A stretch of 64,000 nucleotides of DNA from an uncultured Bacteroidaceae bacterium (GTDB lineage: Bacteria; Bacteroidota; Bacteroidia; Bacteroidales; Bacteroidaceae): positions 6,116 through 70,115 of the forward strand of contig CAJOLI010000013.1 of assembly GCA_905235285.1 (NCBI GenBank), in the 5' to 3' direction. Position 1 is the stretch's first letter. Every line of letters starts with the position of its first letter. This document shows, one piece after another, positions 27,243 to 36,831 of this stretch. The position numbers were made by a program, and so were the translations under genes. A model generated the notes under the pieces. It was not told the origin of the DNA, ran no database searches, and was given only the letters and a program-made list of their open reading frames with translations.

Positions 27243-29312
27243 ATGAAAACCAGAATCTTTGCTTTCCTCATCTTCCTCGGCAGCGCACTGGCAGCTGCGG
27301 CGAAGTCGGACGCTTACTCCGTCCGCTTCGACAAGCGTGCACACGCCTTCACCATTCTGAAGGGCCATCAGCCGCTGCTCTCTGATTTTGTGCCCGAAGC
27401 CCGCTTCGGCGCGGAGGTCATCACGGCTGCCGACCTGCCCAAGGTCGTGAAGCGGTCGATGGGCGTGGAGCATCCATCCTTCGGGCGAGGGAACATCCAC
27501 AGCTATACCTTCACCGACGGCAGCAGGCAGATGACCCTCTTCGTCAGCATCTTCGTCGACGCCGTCGTCACACAACTTTCCCTGTCCATGGCCGATGGCA
27601 GTACTGTGGAGAGCAACTACCTGTCTCCCATCCGAGAGCAGGGCACGAGCACAAATAATAAAGGAACGCACGTGCGCGATGCCGCCGTCCGCTTCCTCAA
27701 GGTGCCCTATGACAACGACAGCTTCGTGCGCTATCACCTCCTGCCACTCGACACCGTAGCCACCAGCTACGAGGTGGCGGCCCTCTTCAGTCCGGCTACA
27801 CGCGGGGGGCTCGCCATAGGCTCCATCGACCACGACCATTGGAAGAGTGCCGTCGACCTCGACCACGGCCGTCTCGCCGCCTTCTCCGGCATTTCCACTC
27901 CCGAGACCCACGACGTCCTGCCACACGGCAGTCTCGTCGGCAAGCAGGTCAGCAGCGCACGCTTCCTCATCACGGCACGCACCGACTGGCGCGATGCCAT
28001 GGAACAGTTCGCCCGCACCTGCGACAGCGTACAGCCTGGTCGCAAGCAGTGGCCGCACGGTGCGCCCTTCGGCTGGCAGAGCTGGGGCGTGCTTGCCGAG
28101 AAGAACAGCTTCCAGACCGACCTCGATGTCAGCGACTTCATGGCCACCACGCTTCGTCCTTCCGGCTATTGTTCGACCGACGGGACGCAAGTCCTCAGTA
28201 TCGATGCCTGGGACAACCTCAACGCCCGGCAGAAGCGTGAGCTCTGTGCCCACACCCGGGCCAACGGGCAGGTGCCCGGCACCTACGTCACGCCTTTCTG
28301 CCTCTGGTGGAACGATGCCGACCTCGACCGTCCCCTCTTCGAAGGCTGCCAGTACACGGGCCGTGACGCTTGTGCCAAGGTGAACGGGCAGCCCTACAAG
28401 TACGACGGCGCCTTCTGCCTTGACCCTACGCACCCAGCCACCCTCGAGCGTTTCGCCCGCGAGGCTGCCTCGTTGAAGGCCGCAGGTTTCGAATACTTCA
28501 AGATTGACTTCACCAGCAACGGCATGATACAGGCCGACAGCTACTACGACCCCGCCGTGCGCACCGCCGTCGAGGCCTACAACTACGGCTTCACTCGCTT
28601 CATTCAGCAACTCGACCACGGCGGCCGCGTCTTCACGGCCCTCTCCATCGCCCCCATCTTCCCCTACCACTACGGCAACTCGCGCCGCATCGCCTGCGAC
28701 ACCTGGGGGCGCATCGACCAGAGCGAATATGCCATGAACGCTATCAGCTACGGCTGGTGGACGAGCGAGTTCTACCAGTTCAACGACCCCGACCACCTCG
28801 TCCTCGTTGGCAAGGATGCTGCCAAGGGCGATGTCGAGTCGCTCGGCGAGAACCGCGCACGCTACACCACGGGCGTCTGCTCGGGCATGGTCCTCCTGCC
28901 CGACGTATGGAGCCTCAGCGACAGCAGCGGGTGCGGCGATGCCCGCCTCTCCATAGAGCGGGCCCGGCAGGTAGCCATGAACGCCGAGGTCAATACCGTC
29001 GGGCGCATCGGGCGCAGCTTCCGTCCCCTCTACGGCGGCCGCCAGTGGCGAGCCCAGACAGGTGCCGCCGAGAACCTCGTCACCCTCCGCACCGACAGTG
29101 CCCTCTACCTCGCCGCCATCAACTATGCCGACCAGCCGCTCAACGTCACCGTCCCCCTCGCCGACCTCTATCCCTCCTCGCTGTCACAGGCCAAGGAACT
29201 CTGGACAGGCGAGACCGTCATACTGAGCCCGAACGTTTCCCTCACCCAGCCTCAACTCCTCATCTCAGTCCCTGCTAAGGACGCCCGTCTCTATCGTTTC
29301 ACTCTGAAATAG
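27243..29312 (+). CDS. GH27-like (clan GH-D) glycoside hydrolase, uncharacterised subfamily, paralogue A
   Basis: The start is MKTRIFAFLIFLGSALAAAA (signal peptide). Motifs resemble GH27: PFGWQSWGV (compare GWNSW), YFKIDF (compare KYDNC nucleophile region), RIACDTWGRID and FNDPDHLVLVG (compare WNDPDMLEVG). The track ORF 26319.. is an artefactual 5' extension. Confidence 0.55.
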   Translation: MKTRIFAFLIFLGSALAAAAKSDAYSVRFDKRAHAFTILKGHQPLLSDFVPEARFGAEVITAADLPKVVKRSMGVEHPSFGRGNIHSYTFTDGSRQMTLFVSIFVDAVVTQLSLSMADGSTVESNYLSPIREQGTSTNNKGTHVRDAAVRFLKVPYDNDSFVRYHLLPLDTVATSYEVAALFSPATRGGLAIGSIDHDHWKSAVDLDHGRLAAFSGISTPETHDVLPHGSLVGKQVSSARFLITARTDWRDAMEQFARTCDSVQPGRKQWPHGAPFGWQSWGVLAEKNSFQTDLDVSDFMATTLRPSGYCSTDGTQVLSIDAWDNLNARQKRELCAHTRANGQVPGTYVTPFCLWWNDADLDRPLFEGCQYTGRDACAKVNGQPYKYDGAFCLDPTHPATLERFAREAASLKAAGFEYFKIDFTSNGMIQADSYYDPAVRTAVEAYNYGFTRFIQQLDHGGRVFTALSIAPIFPYHYGNSRRIACDTWGRIDQSEYAMNAISYGWWTSEFYQFNDPDHLVLVGKDAAKGDVESLGENRARYTTGVCSGMVLLPDVWSLSDSSGCGDARLSIERARQVAMNAEVNTVGRIGRSFRPLYGGRQWRAQTGAAENLVTLRTDSALYLAAINYADQPLNVTVPLADLYPSSLSQAKELWTGETVILSPNVSLTQPQLLISVPAKDARLYRFTLK

Positions 29313-29322
29313 ACCCATTCTC

Positions 29323-31674
29323 ATGAGAAAAGCCATATCAATCCTGATTGTGACTATTGCCGCGTTACAGCCTTCACTGCCCCTCCTGGCCGACGACATC
29401 ACCCTGCAGAGCGGCAACCTTACCGTCGTCTGGAGCGAGGCCAACCGAGCCTTCTCGGTGCGCGGCACGCTGCCCGACGGCTCGTCCAAGAGCATCATCA
29501 CCCGCAGCAAGCCCAAAGCCACCTACGTCAACGCCTCTGGCACCGATCGAGGTTTTTTTACCAGCGACCGCTTTGCCTCGGTCGACTACGTAGCCGAGCC
29601 CGTGACCGATGAGTTTGGCGACGGCACCGCCCACCGCTTCACCTTCGCCGCCCCAACTGCGGCTGCCGAGGACGGCGTCGTGATGCAGGAGACCTTCTTT
29701 GCCTACGCCGACCAGCCCTTCATGTTCGTGCAGCTCGCCCTCATCAGCACCGATGGCAGCCCTATTCGCTCCAACCACCTCGAGCCCGTCAGCTGCGAGT
29801 CGGTCAGCTGGCGTTTTCTCAGCACCACCGCTGCCGACAACCGTATGCTGAAGGTGCCCTTCGACAACGATGGCTTCGGGCGCTACCACACCTATCGCCT
29901 CGACCGCGCCATGACGTCCTATGAGGTCAGCTGCCTCTTCGACGGCGCGCAACGCTATGGCGCCGTCTATGGCAGCGTAGACCACAACCACTGGAAGAGC
30001 GGCATCTGCGTCGAGGCCACGGGGGGCACCAACGTCAGCAAGCTGCAGCTCGTCAGCGGTATGGCCGACGACGAGACGCGCGACCACCTCAGCGGCTATG
30101 ACCGTCAGAACCACGGCTCCCTGGAAGGCGACACCATCCGCAGCGCACGCTTCCTCGTGGGCCTCTTTGCTGACTGGCGCCAGGGCATGGAACGCTTCGC
30201 CGACGCCTGCGCCACCGTGCGCCCAGCACGCAGCGACTGGACCCACGGCACACCCTTCGGTTGGCAAAGCTGGGGCGTACTGGCCGAGAAGAACTCCTAC
30301 AGCACAGACCTTGAGATAAGCGACTACTACGCCCAAGTGCTGCAGCCCGCAGGCTTCTGCTCGGACGACGGCTCCATCGTATTCAGTCTCGATGCCAGCG
30401 ACAATATCAGCACGGCACAGCGCAAACAACTTGTCGAGAACGGCAAGACCACCAACCAGCTCATCGGCAGCTACAGCACTCCCTTCGCCCTCTGGTGGGA
30501 CGAAGCCAGCATCAACGGCATCACTGCCACATGGACCGTCGACGGGCAGCAGGTAACACAGCCATATTCCGAAACACTCATCAAGATCAACGGCAAGCCC
30601 GTCAAGTACGACGGCGCCTACTGCCGCGACCCCTCGCACCCCGTCACCAAGCAGGACATCGTCAACTTTGTACGCTCGCGCGCCAATGAGGGCGTCAAGT
30701 GGATCAAGGCCGACTTCCTCAACTGCGGCATCATACAGTCCGACAGCTACTACAAGCAGGGCATCAACACCGCTGTCGAGGCCTACAACGACGGCATGCG
30801 CTACCTACAGCAGCAGTGCGAGCGCTATGGCATCTTCCTCGACCTCAGCATCGCACCCCTCTTCCCCCACGGACACGCCAACGGACGACGCATAGCCTGC
30901 GACACCTGGGGGCGCATCGACCAGACCGAATATGCCATGAACGCCATCAGCGGCGGCTGGTGGACCGACCGCCTCTATCAGTACAACGACCCCGACCACC
31001 TCGTCCTCATCGGGCGCGGCGACCAACTCGGCGCCAGCCTCGGTGAGAACCGCGCGCGCGTCACCAGCGGAGCCGTCACCGGCATGATGCTGGTGGCCGA
31101 CAACTTCAGCCCCAGCGACCAGAGCGGACGCGGCAACAACGCCATGAGCCGACAGCGAGCCGCAGCGGTGCTCACCAACCCTGACGTGAATGCCGTAGCA
31201 CGACTCGGGCGCAGCTTCCGCCCCCTCTACGGCCACAAGGAATACGACCTCAACGACTCCCATGCCCAGAGCCTCTTTGTCCACGAGGCCGACTCGTTCC
31301 TCTTCCTCGCCGCCTTCAACTACACCCCTGCCCCCACCACCTACGCCGTCCCCCTTGCCGACCTCGGCTTAGAAGAGGACGAGGAACCCACGGAGGCCGT
31401 GGAGCTGTGGACGGGCGAGGCCGCCAGCATCGCCACCCGCCAGCTCAGCATCGCCGTCCCGGCCAAGGACGTGCGCCTGGTCCGCCTGCGTCTCGCTCAT
31501 CCTCATGCAGATGCCGTCAGCACCCCTCATCACGAGGCTGCCGTCCTCAGCACACAGCACTTCGACCTCCTGGGGCGCCAGCTGCCTTCCGATACCCACC
31601 ATCGAGGGATCGTCCTCCGCCGCACCCTCCATGCCGATGGCACCGTACGCACCCAGAAAATCCTCCTGCCGTAA
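29323..31674 (+). CDS. GH27-like (clan GH-D) glycoside hydrolase, paralogue B, with a possible T9SS C-terminal tail
   Basis: Collinear with paralogue A (LKVPFDNDGFGRYH, PFGWQSWGVLAEKNSY, WIKADF, RIACDTWGRIDQTEYAMNAI, YNDPDHLVLIG). It has about 90 extra C-terminal aa ending FDLLGRQLPSDTHHRGIVLRRTLHADGTVRTQKILLP. Confidence 0.55.
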   Translation: MRKAISILIVTIAALQPSLPLLADDITLQSGNLTVVWSEANRAFSVRGTLPDGSSKSIITRSKPKATYVNASGTDRGFFTSDRFASVDYVAEPVTDEFGDGTAHRFTFAAPTAAAEDGVVMQETFFAYADQPFMFVQLALISTDGSPIRSNHLEPVSCESVSWRFLSTTAADNRMLKVPFDNDGFGRYHTYRLDRAMTSYEVSCLFDGAQRYGAVYGSVDHNHWKSGICVEATGGTNVSKLQLVSGMADDETRDHLSGYDRQNHGSLEGDTIRSARFLVGLFADWRQGMERFADACATVRPARSDWTHGTPFGWQSWGVLAEKNSYSTDLEISDYYAQVLQPAGFCSDDGSIVFSLDASDNISTAQRKQLVENGKTTNQLIGSYSTPFALWWDEASINGITATWTVDGQQVTQPYSETLIKINGKPVKYDGAYCRDPSHPVTKQDIVNFVRSRANEGVKWIKADFLNCGIIQSDSYYKQGINTAVEAYNDGMRYLQQQCERYGIFLDLSIAPLFPHGHANGRRIACDTWGRIDQTEYAMNAISGGWWTDRLYQYNDPDHLVLIGRGDQLGASLGENRARVTSGAVTGMMLVADNFSPSDQSGRGNNAMSRQRAAAVLTNPDVNAVARLGRSFRPLYGHKEYDLNDSHAQSLFVHEADSFLFLAAFNYTPAPTTYAVPLADLGLEEDEEPTEAVELWTGEAASIATRQLSIAVPAKDVRLVRLRLAHPHADAVSTPHHEAAVLSTQHFDLLGRQLPSDTHHRGIVLRRTLHADGTVRTQKILLP

Positions 31675-31746
31675 GAGAGGCTACACCTATATCTCAAAAA
31701 AAAGATAATGAGATATCGTTAGCCCCTGCTAACAGCATCCACACAC

Positions 31747-31783
31747 AAGAAGGGGTGACAGAACGCTCTGTCGTCCCTTCTTT
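31747..31783 (+). terminator. Rho-independent terminator of the glycosidase operon
   Basis: 16-bp stem AAGAAGGGGTGACAGA / TCTGTCGTCCCTTCTT (two G-U pairs) with loop ACGC. It is followed by TTTATATA. Confidence 0.65.
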
Positions 31784-32151
31784 ATATACACCACATCCTT
31801 AGCTGGGGCTGCACCCCTGCCTGTGATCTTGCCAGCCCTTCGGGCTTTGGTGGTATGATTGCGGATAATCATTAAATTTTTTTGAGCAGATGTTTTGCCG
31901 GTTTGAGGGAGCAATGGGGTTTCATTGTGACCGAAAAGCGGTGAAACAGATGACAGAAAGAAAGTTCGTCAGGGCGTAACGGCCAAATGACCGATTCGTT
32001 TTTAAGCCCTTACCTCAAAGTTCAGTGGACAGCAATAATAGAAAATGCACGTTAAAAAGCATAAAAAAGCAATTCAGTGTTACTAACCGTAATCTCTTCT
32101 AAAATGTCGAAAGAGGCAAAATATATATAAGTTTCGACACTTTATATGGAT

Positions 32152-32440
32152 TTATTTTGTACCTTTGCACCCAAAATCAGATAGATTATGATTATAGTCA
32201 TAGTCCCATCCGGGCTCTCGCATAGCCTTGCTCAGGATAAGCAACTCGATAGCCCACGCCGTGATGTATTGTAAAAGCTGTTCACGTAAAATATTGAGAA
32301 CAAGGTACAATACGCCCAACATGGACGCTCCGGTTGCGTTCTCTTCTGAGCTTAGATTTGCGAGATCTGGATGTCGAAGATAACGTTCGTAACGTCCTTT
32401 TCCGATAAGATTTTGACCCTCACGTCCGTAATGAGCTATC
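32152..32440 (-). pseudogene. Low-GC ORF fragment, possibly a degraded ISAs1-like transposase C-terminus
   Basis: Part of track ORF 32152..32565. From memory, the segment ENATGASMLGVLYLVLNILRE...SKAMREPGWDYDY resembles the NAP..NF..LRK.ALNLL ... AGWDDDY end of ISAs1-family transposases. GC content is much lower than the flanks, and no intact N-terminus is present. Confidence 0.25.
32160..32167 (+). promoter_or_regulatory. Orphan -7-like box TACCTTTG with no gene downstream
   Basis: Exact TAnnTTTG match. It is part of the 11-bp inverted repeat ACCTTTGCACC (32161-71) / GGTGCAAAGGT (32448-58). Confidence 0.25.
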
Positions 32441-32563
32441 GAAGTCGGTGCAAAGGTTATGTTTTTTTGCGAAGTGACGCAAAAAAGAAAGAAAAAATAC
32501 GCTCTAAAGAGAGAGAAAAAGAGAAAAGAGAAAAATTGTGAGCGGCGTCGAACAAGGGAGCAC

Positions 32564-32596
32564 AAAAAAAGCCTCCTCGCGGTTGGCGAAGAGGGC
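32564..32596 (-). terminator. Rho-independent terminator of GH95
   Basis: On the minus strand, the stem GCCCTCTTCGC-CAACC-GCGAGGAGGC is followed by TTTTTTT, about 145 nt downstream of the GH95 stop. Confidence 0.7.
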
Positions 32597-32739
32597 CTTA
32601 AGAGGATTGTCCTTGGGCCATCCGTGCCCGATGAGGAGAGCCAGAACTCCTCTGGCGACGGAGGAAAAGAGGCGGAGTTATTATCTGTATTCGTGAAGAT
32701 TTATGGATAATTTGTAGTTATTCGTTTCAGGAAAGATAA

Positions 32740-35211
32740 TTATTTCGTAGGAGTTATGACGACTGCTCGGCCGGCACGGACGGGAAGCTCGTACTCGTAA
32801 ATACCGAAGTCGGAATAGGTGCGGACAAGGGCACCATGACTCAAAGGAACGCTGGAGCGCAGGCGCAGGGTGCCTCCAAAAGAGGGATAGATGGTCGCCG
32901 TGGTGAGTCGATGGTTCTGCCAAGCTATGTCTACGGTATAGCCGCCACGGGCTTGCAAGCCTCTGACGGCACCGCTCGGCCACGCGTCGGGCAGGGCTGG
33001 CAGCAGGTGTATGGCACCGTCGTGGCTCTGCAGGAGCATCTCGGCGATACCGGCAGTGACGCCGAAGTTGCCGTCGATTTGGAACGGCGGATGGGCATCG
33101 AAGAGGTTGGGATAAGTGCGGCCATTGGGGTAGTCGCGCACGTGGCGGTCGTCGGGCAACAGACGCAGCATGTTGGAAATAATCTTGAAGGCGTGGTTAC
33201 CATCGAACATCCGGGCCCAGAAGCAGGTCTTCCAGCCAAGGCTCCAGCCGGTGGCCTGGTCGCCACGCTGCTGCAGCGTGACGCGGGCAGCGCACCATAG
33301 GTCGGGCGTGCGGAAGGGCGAAATCTGGGCTGAAGGATAAAGACCATAGAGATGCGAGATGTGGCGATGTTCGTCATTGGGGTCGTCGAGGTCCTCGCGC
33401 CACTCCTGCAGCTGCCCGTATTGGCCTACACGCATCGGGGGCAGTTTGGCAATAGCTGCGCGCAACTGCTGCTGCCACGCTGCGTCTAAACCCAGCACCT
33501 CTGCGGCACGCAAGGCTTGCGTGAGGGCGTCGCGGGCAATCTGGTTGTCCATGGTGCAGGCAGCACAAAGCGGCGTCTGGCGTCCGCGTCCGCCATGCTC
33601 TGGCGAGACGCTGGGTACGACGAGCAGCTCGCCGTCGCGCTCGACCATATAATCGAGATAGAACTGTGCTGCACCGCGCAGCACGGGCTCGTAGAGCCGA
33701 AGAAAATCGGTGTCGAGCGTGTAGAGGTAATGCTCCCAGAGGTGCGTCGCGAGCCATGCGCCGCCATTGGGAAACATACCCCAGAAGGCGCCGTCGATGG
33801 GCCCTGCTATGCGCCAGAGGTCGGTGTTGTGGTGAGCCACCCATCCACGGCAGCCGTACATAGTGCGTGCCGTCTCGGCCCCTGTGACACTGAGGTCACG
33901 AATCATGTCGAAGAGCGGCTCTGCTGTCTCTGCCAGTCCGCACACTTCGGCCGGCCAGTAGTTCATCTCGGTGTTGATGTTGATGGTGTACTTAGCGTCC
34001 CAAAGTTCGTCGGTCTTGTCGTTCCAGATGCCCTGAAGGTTGGCCGGCTGTCCGCCAGGTTGCGATGAGCTGATGAGCAAGTAGCGCCCGAAGTTGAACA
34101 TAAGCGCCACGAGCCCCAGGTCCCGGCTGCCATCGTCGTAGAAACGAGCGAGGCGTGCAGAGGTGGGCAGCAGAGAAAGTTCGGAAGGCGAGTCGAGGCG
34201 AAGGCTGACGCGGCGGTACTGGCGCTGGTAGCTGTCAACGTGGCGTTTCCAGAGCTTTGCCGGCTTTCGCTTCATGGCAGTCTGCAAGAGGCGGCTGTTG
34301 CGTGCTGAGGCGTTGCCGCTGACATCGTGGTAGTTGACGAAATTAGTTGCGGCAGATATGTAAAGGATAGCCTCTGTAGCCCTGGTGATACTAAGGGAAT
34401 CTGCTGCTGCAGACGTGGCACCGTCGGACACGACGATTACTTGACATTCAGCCGTGAGGGCGGAGGGTATGCCTTCGTGAGCGATGCCCTTGATGGTGGT
34501 TGTAATGATGCCACGCCCACGCTCATCTGCCGAGGCATGACTTTGGGTAGGAAGCAGAGGACAGGCGTGGCGCAGCGAAAAGGCGAGGGCGCCACGGCGG
34601 TTGGCTTTTATGTTGATGACGAGGACGCTGTCGGCCAGCGAGGTGAAGACGGTGCGTGTGTATTTCACATTGTTATATGTGTATGACGTCGTGGCTACAG
34701 CGTTCTGCAAGTCGAGGCTGCGCCGGTAGCCAGTGGTAGCATCGTGTCCGAAGGTCATCAGTAGCGACCCCAGCGTGAGGTATTTCATGCCATGAGGCCC
34801 GCGGATGAACTCGCGGTCGACGATGGCGGTAGCCTCGCGGTCGTTGCCCTCGAAGATAAGACGACGCACCTCCTCGAGGTGGCTGAGCGAAGTGTGGCTG
34901 TTGTTGTCGTGCGGACCGCCGCTGAAGAACGTCTCTTCGTTGAGCTGTATCTCCTCGACACGTGTGCCACCATAGACCATAGCGCCCAAGCGACTGTTGC
35001 CGAGGGGCAGTGCTTCGTGCCACACACGAGCCGGAGCATCGTACCACAAACATTCGCTCTGGCAGCCATTTGAAGGCCCCTCTGCATATGTGCGCGCAGC
35101 CCCTGTCGCTGGCGTAACAGCTATAGCCCCATCGGCAAGGCAGGATACAGTGAATGAGAATAAAGCGATAATGAAACAGTTTCTCATATAGACCATATTA
35201 TTAGAATTCAT
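32740..35211 (-). CDS. GH95 alpha-L-fucosidase family protein
   Basis: The GH95 N-terminal domain is [28 protein letters not shown]...[11 protein letters not shown], and the catalytic motif is [16 protein letters not shown]. The start may be the downstream [16 protein letters not shown] at 35187, because a -7 box sits at 35217. Confidence 0.85.
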   Translation of the reverse strand: MNSNNMVYMRNCFIIALFSFTVSCLADGAIAVTPATGAARTYAEGPSNGCQSECLWYDAPARVWHEALPLGNSRLGAMVYGGTRVEEIQLNEETFFSGGPHDNNSHTSLSHLEEVRRLIFEGNDREATAIVDREFIRGPHGMKYLTLGSLLMTFGHDATTGYRRSLDLQNAVATTSYTYNNVKYTRTVFTSLADSVLVINIKANRRGALAFSLRHACPLLPTQSHASADERGRGIITTTIKGIAHEGIPSALTAECQVIVVSDGATSAAADSLSITRATEAILYISAATNFVNYHDVSGNASARNSRLLQTAMKRKPAKLWKRHVDSYQRQYRRVSLRLDSPSELSLLPTSARLARFYDDGSRDLGLVALMFNFGRYLLISSSQPGGQPANLQGIWNDKTDELWDAKYTININTEMNYWPAEVCGLAETAEPLFDMIRDLSVTGAETARTMYGCRGWVAHHNTDLWRIAGPIDGAFWGMFPNGGAWLATHLWEHYLYTLDTDFLRLYEPVLRGAAQFYLDYMVERDGELLVVPSVSPEHGGRGRQTPLCAACTMDNQIARDALTQALRAAEVLGLDAAWQQQLRAAIAKLPPMRVGQYGQLQEWREDLDDPNDEHRHISHLYGLYPSAQISPFRTPDLWCAARVTLQQRGDQATGWSLGWKTCFWARMFDGNHAFKIISNMLRLLPDDRHVRDYPNGRTYPNLFDAHPPFQIDGNFGVTAGIAEMLLQSHDGAIHLLPALPDAWPSGAVRGLQARGGYTVDIAWQNHRLTTATIYPSFGGTLRLRSSVPLSHGALVRTYSDFGIYEYELPVRAGRAVVITPTK

Positions 35212-35216
35212 AGCTA

Positions 35217-35224
35217 CAAAATTA
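35217..35224 (-). promoter_or_regulatory. -7 promoter box TAATTTTG for GH95
   Basis: Exact TAnnTTTG match just upstream of the GH95 N-terminal Met cluster. Confidence 0.4.
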
Positions 35225-35329
35225 ATTCTTTAGATGAAAGAGACAGCCTTTTACAGGAGAAAGTCGATGTATTTTTCTCTTTTAAGAAAAAAAACGAGGT
35301 ATTCTGAGACATTCAGACAGAATCTGAGT

Positions 35330-35337
35330 TATCTTTG
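35330..35337 (+). promoter_or_regulatory. -7 promoter box TATCTTTG for the kinase-NUDIX operon
   Basis: Exact match 64 nt upstream of the ATG at 35401. Confidence 0.5.
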
Positions 35338-35372
35338 CACAATAAAATGCCATTGCAAGCGGTCCTTTAACC

Positions 35373-35400
35373 ATCAACTATCAACTTTCAACTCACTAAT
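35373..35400 (+). repeat. Heptamer tandem leader (ATCAACT ATCAACT TTCAACT CACTAAT) abutting the start codon
   Basis: Read directly from the sequence. The array ends at the base before the ATG at 35401. Confidence 0.7.
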
Positions 35401-36831
35401 ATGACCCACTATCTTGCAGTAGACCTCGGCGCAACGAGCGGACGCACAGTGTTGGCCTCATTTGACGGCCAGCGCGTAGAGATGCGCGAGTTCACGCGTT
35501 TCGACAATCCCCAGCTACCGCTCTGCGGACATATCTTCTGGGACATAGCTCATCTCTACAACGAAATAATAAAGGCCCTGCAGCGCGTAGCTGCTGAGGG
35601 TATCACAATAGAAAGCATAGGCATCGACACCTGGGGCTGCGATGTAGCCCTCTTCGGAGCCGACGGTCAGTTACTAAGCCTCCCCTACTGCTACCGCGAC
35701 CCTCACACCGACGGAGCACTAGAGCGCTACTTCGCTGACTGTATGCCACGACACGAAGTCTACGAGCGTACTGGCATCCAGTTTATGCCGTTCAACACGC
35801 TCTTCCAACTCGATACTCTGCGACGAGCCGGCACCACGGCTCTGCAGGCTGCCTCCAAGGTCTTGTTTATTCCTGATGCGCTCATCTATATGCTCACAGG
35901 CGAGACCGTCTGCGAATATACGGTAGCCTCAACATCTCAGATGCTGAATCCATGCACCGGCGACCTCGACGAACATCTGCTTGCCTCTATCGGCCTGACC
36001 CGCGGCCACTTCGGGCGGCTGGTGCTGCCAGGAGAGCGTGTGGGGGTGCTGACGCCTCAAGTGCAGCAGGCGACAGGCCTCGGAGCTGTTGCCGTAGTGG
36101 CTGTCAGCAGCCACGACACAGCCTCTGCCGTAGCCGCCGTGCCTGCCGATGACGACCGTTTCGCCTACCTCAGTTGCGGAACGTGGAGTCTCTTGGGTGT
36201 GGAAAGCCCGGCTCCCATCATAAATGACGACAGCTTCAGAGAGAACTTCACCAACGAGGGAGGTCTCGACGGCACCACCCGTTTCCTGAAGAATATCACA
36301 GGCTTGTGGATTTTCGAACAATGTAGGAAAGAGTTCAGGGCAGACGACATAAAGTTCAAAGGCGTGCCGGAGAACGTCAACGAGCTGAACGCGCTCAGCC
36401 AGTGTTCTGCGTGCGACAGTCTGATAACCCCCGACGATCCCCGCTTCGCACATCCAGCATCGATGACGGCAGCCATACGCGACTACCTCACAGAGACCGC
36501 CCAGCCTCTGCCCGAGACGGCCGCCGACTACGTTCGCGTAATCTTCCGCTCGCTGGCTGCCCGCTACGGCGAGGTCATAGAGATACTCAGGAAAATCACA
36601 CCCGTGGACATCCAACGCCTGCACGTCATAGGAGGCGGCTCGCGTAACGAATACCTCATGCAATTTGCAGCTGATGCCCTTACTATGCCCGTAGTAGCCG
36701 GTCCGCAAGAAGGCACGGCGCTGGGCAATGCCCTCGTACAGGTGCGCTCAGCCGGTTACGTAGCCTCGCTGAAAGAGATGCGAAGCATAATTAAAAAGAG
36801 TATTGAACTGAAAACCTATCTGCCACAATGA
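35401..36831 (+). CDS. rhaB: FGGY-family sugar kinase, rhamnulokinase-like
   Basis: N-terminus YLAVDLGATSGRTVLASFDG...FTRFDN...IFWDI. The C-terminal FGGY motif is HVIGGGSRNEYLMQFAADAL. Length is 476 aa. Confidence 0.7.
   Translation: MTHYLAVDLGATSGRTVLASFDGQRVEMREFTRFDNPQLPLCGHIFWDIAHLYNEIIKALQRVAAEGITIESIGIDTWGCDVALFGADGQLLSLPYCYRDPHTDGALERYFADCMPRHEVYERTGIQFMPFNTLFQLDTLRRAGTTALQAASKVLFIPDALIYMLTGETVCEYTVASTSQMLNPCTGDLDEHLLASIGLTRGHFGRLVLPGERVGVLTPQVQQATGLGAVAVVAVSSHDTASAVAAVPADDDRFAYLSCGTWSLLGVESPAPIINDDSFRENFTNEGGLDGTTRFLKNITGLWIFEQCRKEFRADDIKFKGVPENVNELNALSQCSACDSLITPDDPRFAHPASMTAAIRDYLTETAQPLPETAADYVRVIFRSLAARYGEVIEILRKITPVDIQRLHVIGGGSRNEYLMQFAADALTMPVVAGPQEGTALGNALVQVRSAGYVASLKEMRSIIKKSIELKTYLPQ

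Noticed and set aside
4528-30639. Many long antisense ORFs: 4528..5631, 6605..7837, 11179..12738, 13951..15555, 16237..17124, 17323..18129, 18498..19658, 23130..24458, 25030..26526, 27156..28796 and 29374..30639
   Set aside because: Each lies entirely opposite a gene with clear family motifs. Their compositions (Val/Gly/Ala/Arg/His-rich, no motifs) are typical of GC-rich shadow frames.
31800-31880. Cluster of three small hairpins (GGGGCTGCACCCC; AGCCCTTCGGGCT; ATGATTGCGGATAATCAT) as a possible ncRNA
   Set aside because: The stems are only 4-6 bp. I could not match any known RNA family by eye, and there is no promoter box. It is left as part of the junk-island finding.
32380-32395. Mpi-type invertible-promoter inverted repeat (consensus ARACGTWCGT, from memory) at TAACGTTCGTAAC, with a similar GTTACGAACGAT at 51026-51037
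   Set aside because: Each is a 9/10 match only. The two copies are 19 kb apart, so they do not flank a promoter-sized segment, and no tyrosine/serine recombinase gene is nearby.
32459-32710. 83-aa Lys/Glu-rich plus-strand ORF; also the N-terminal half of 32152..32565
   Set aside because: Both are products of a purine-rich low-complexity tract (32483-32535) read on either strand, not convincing coding sequence.
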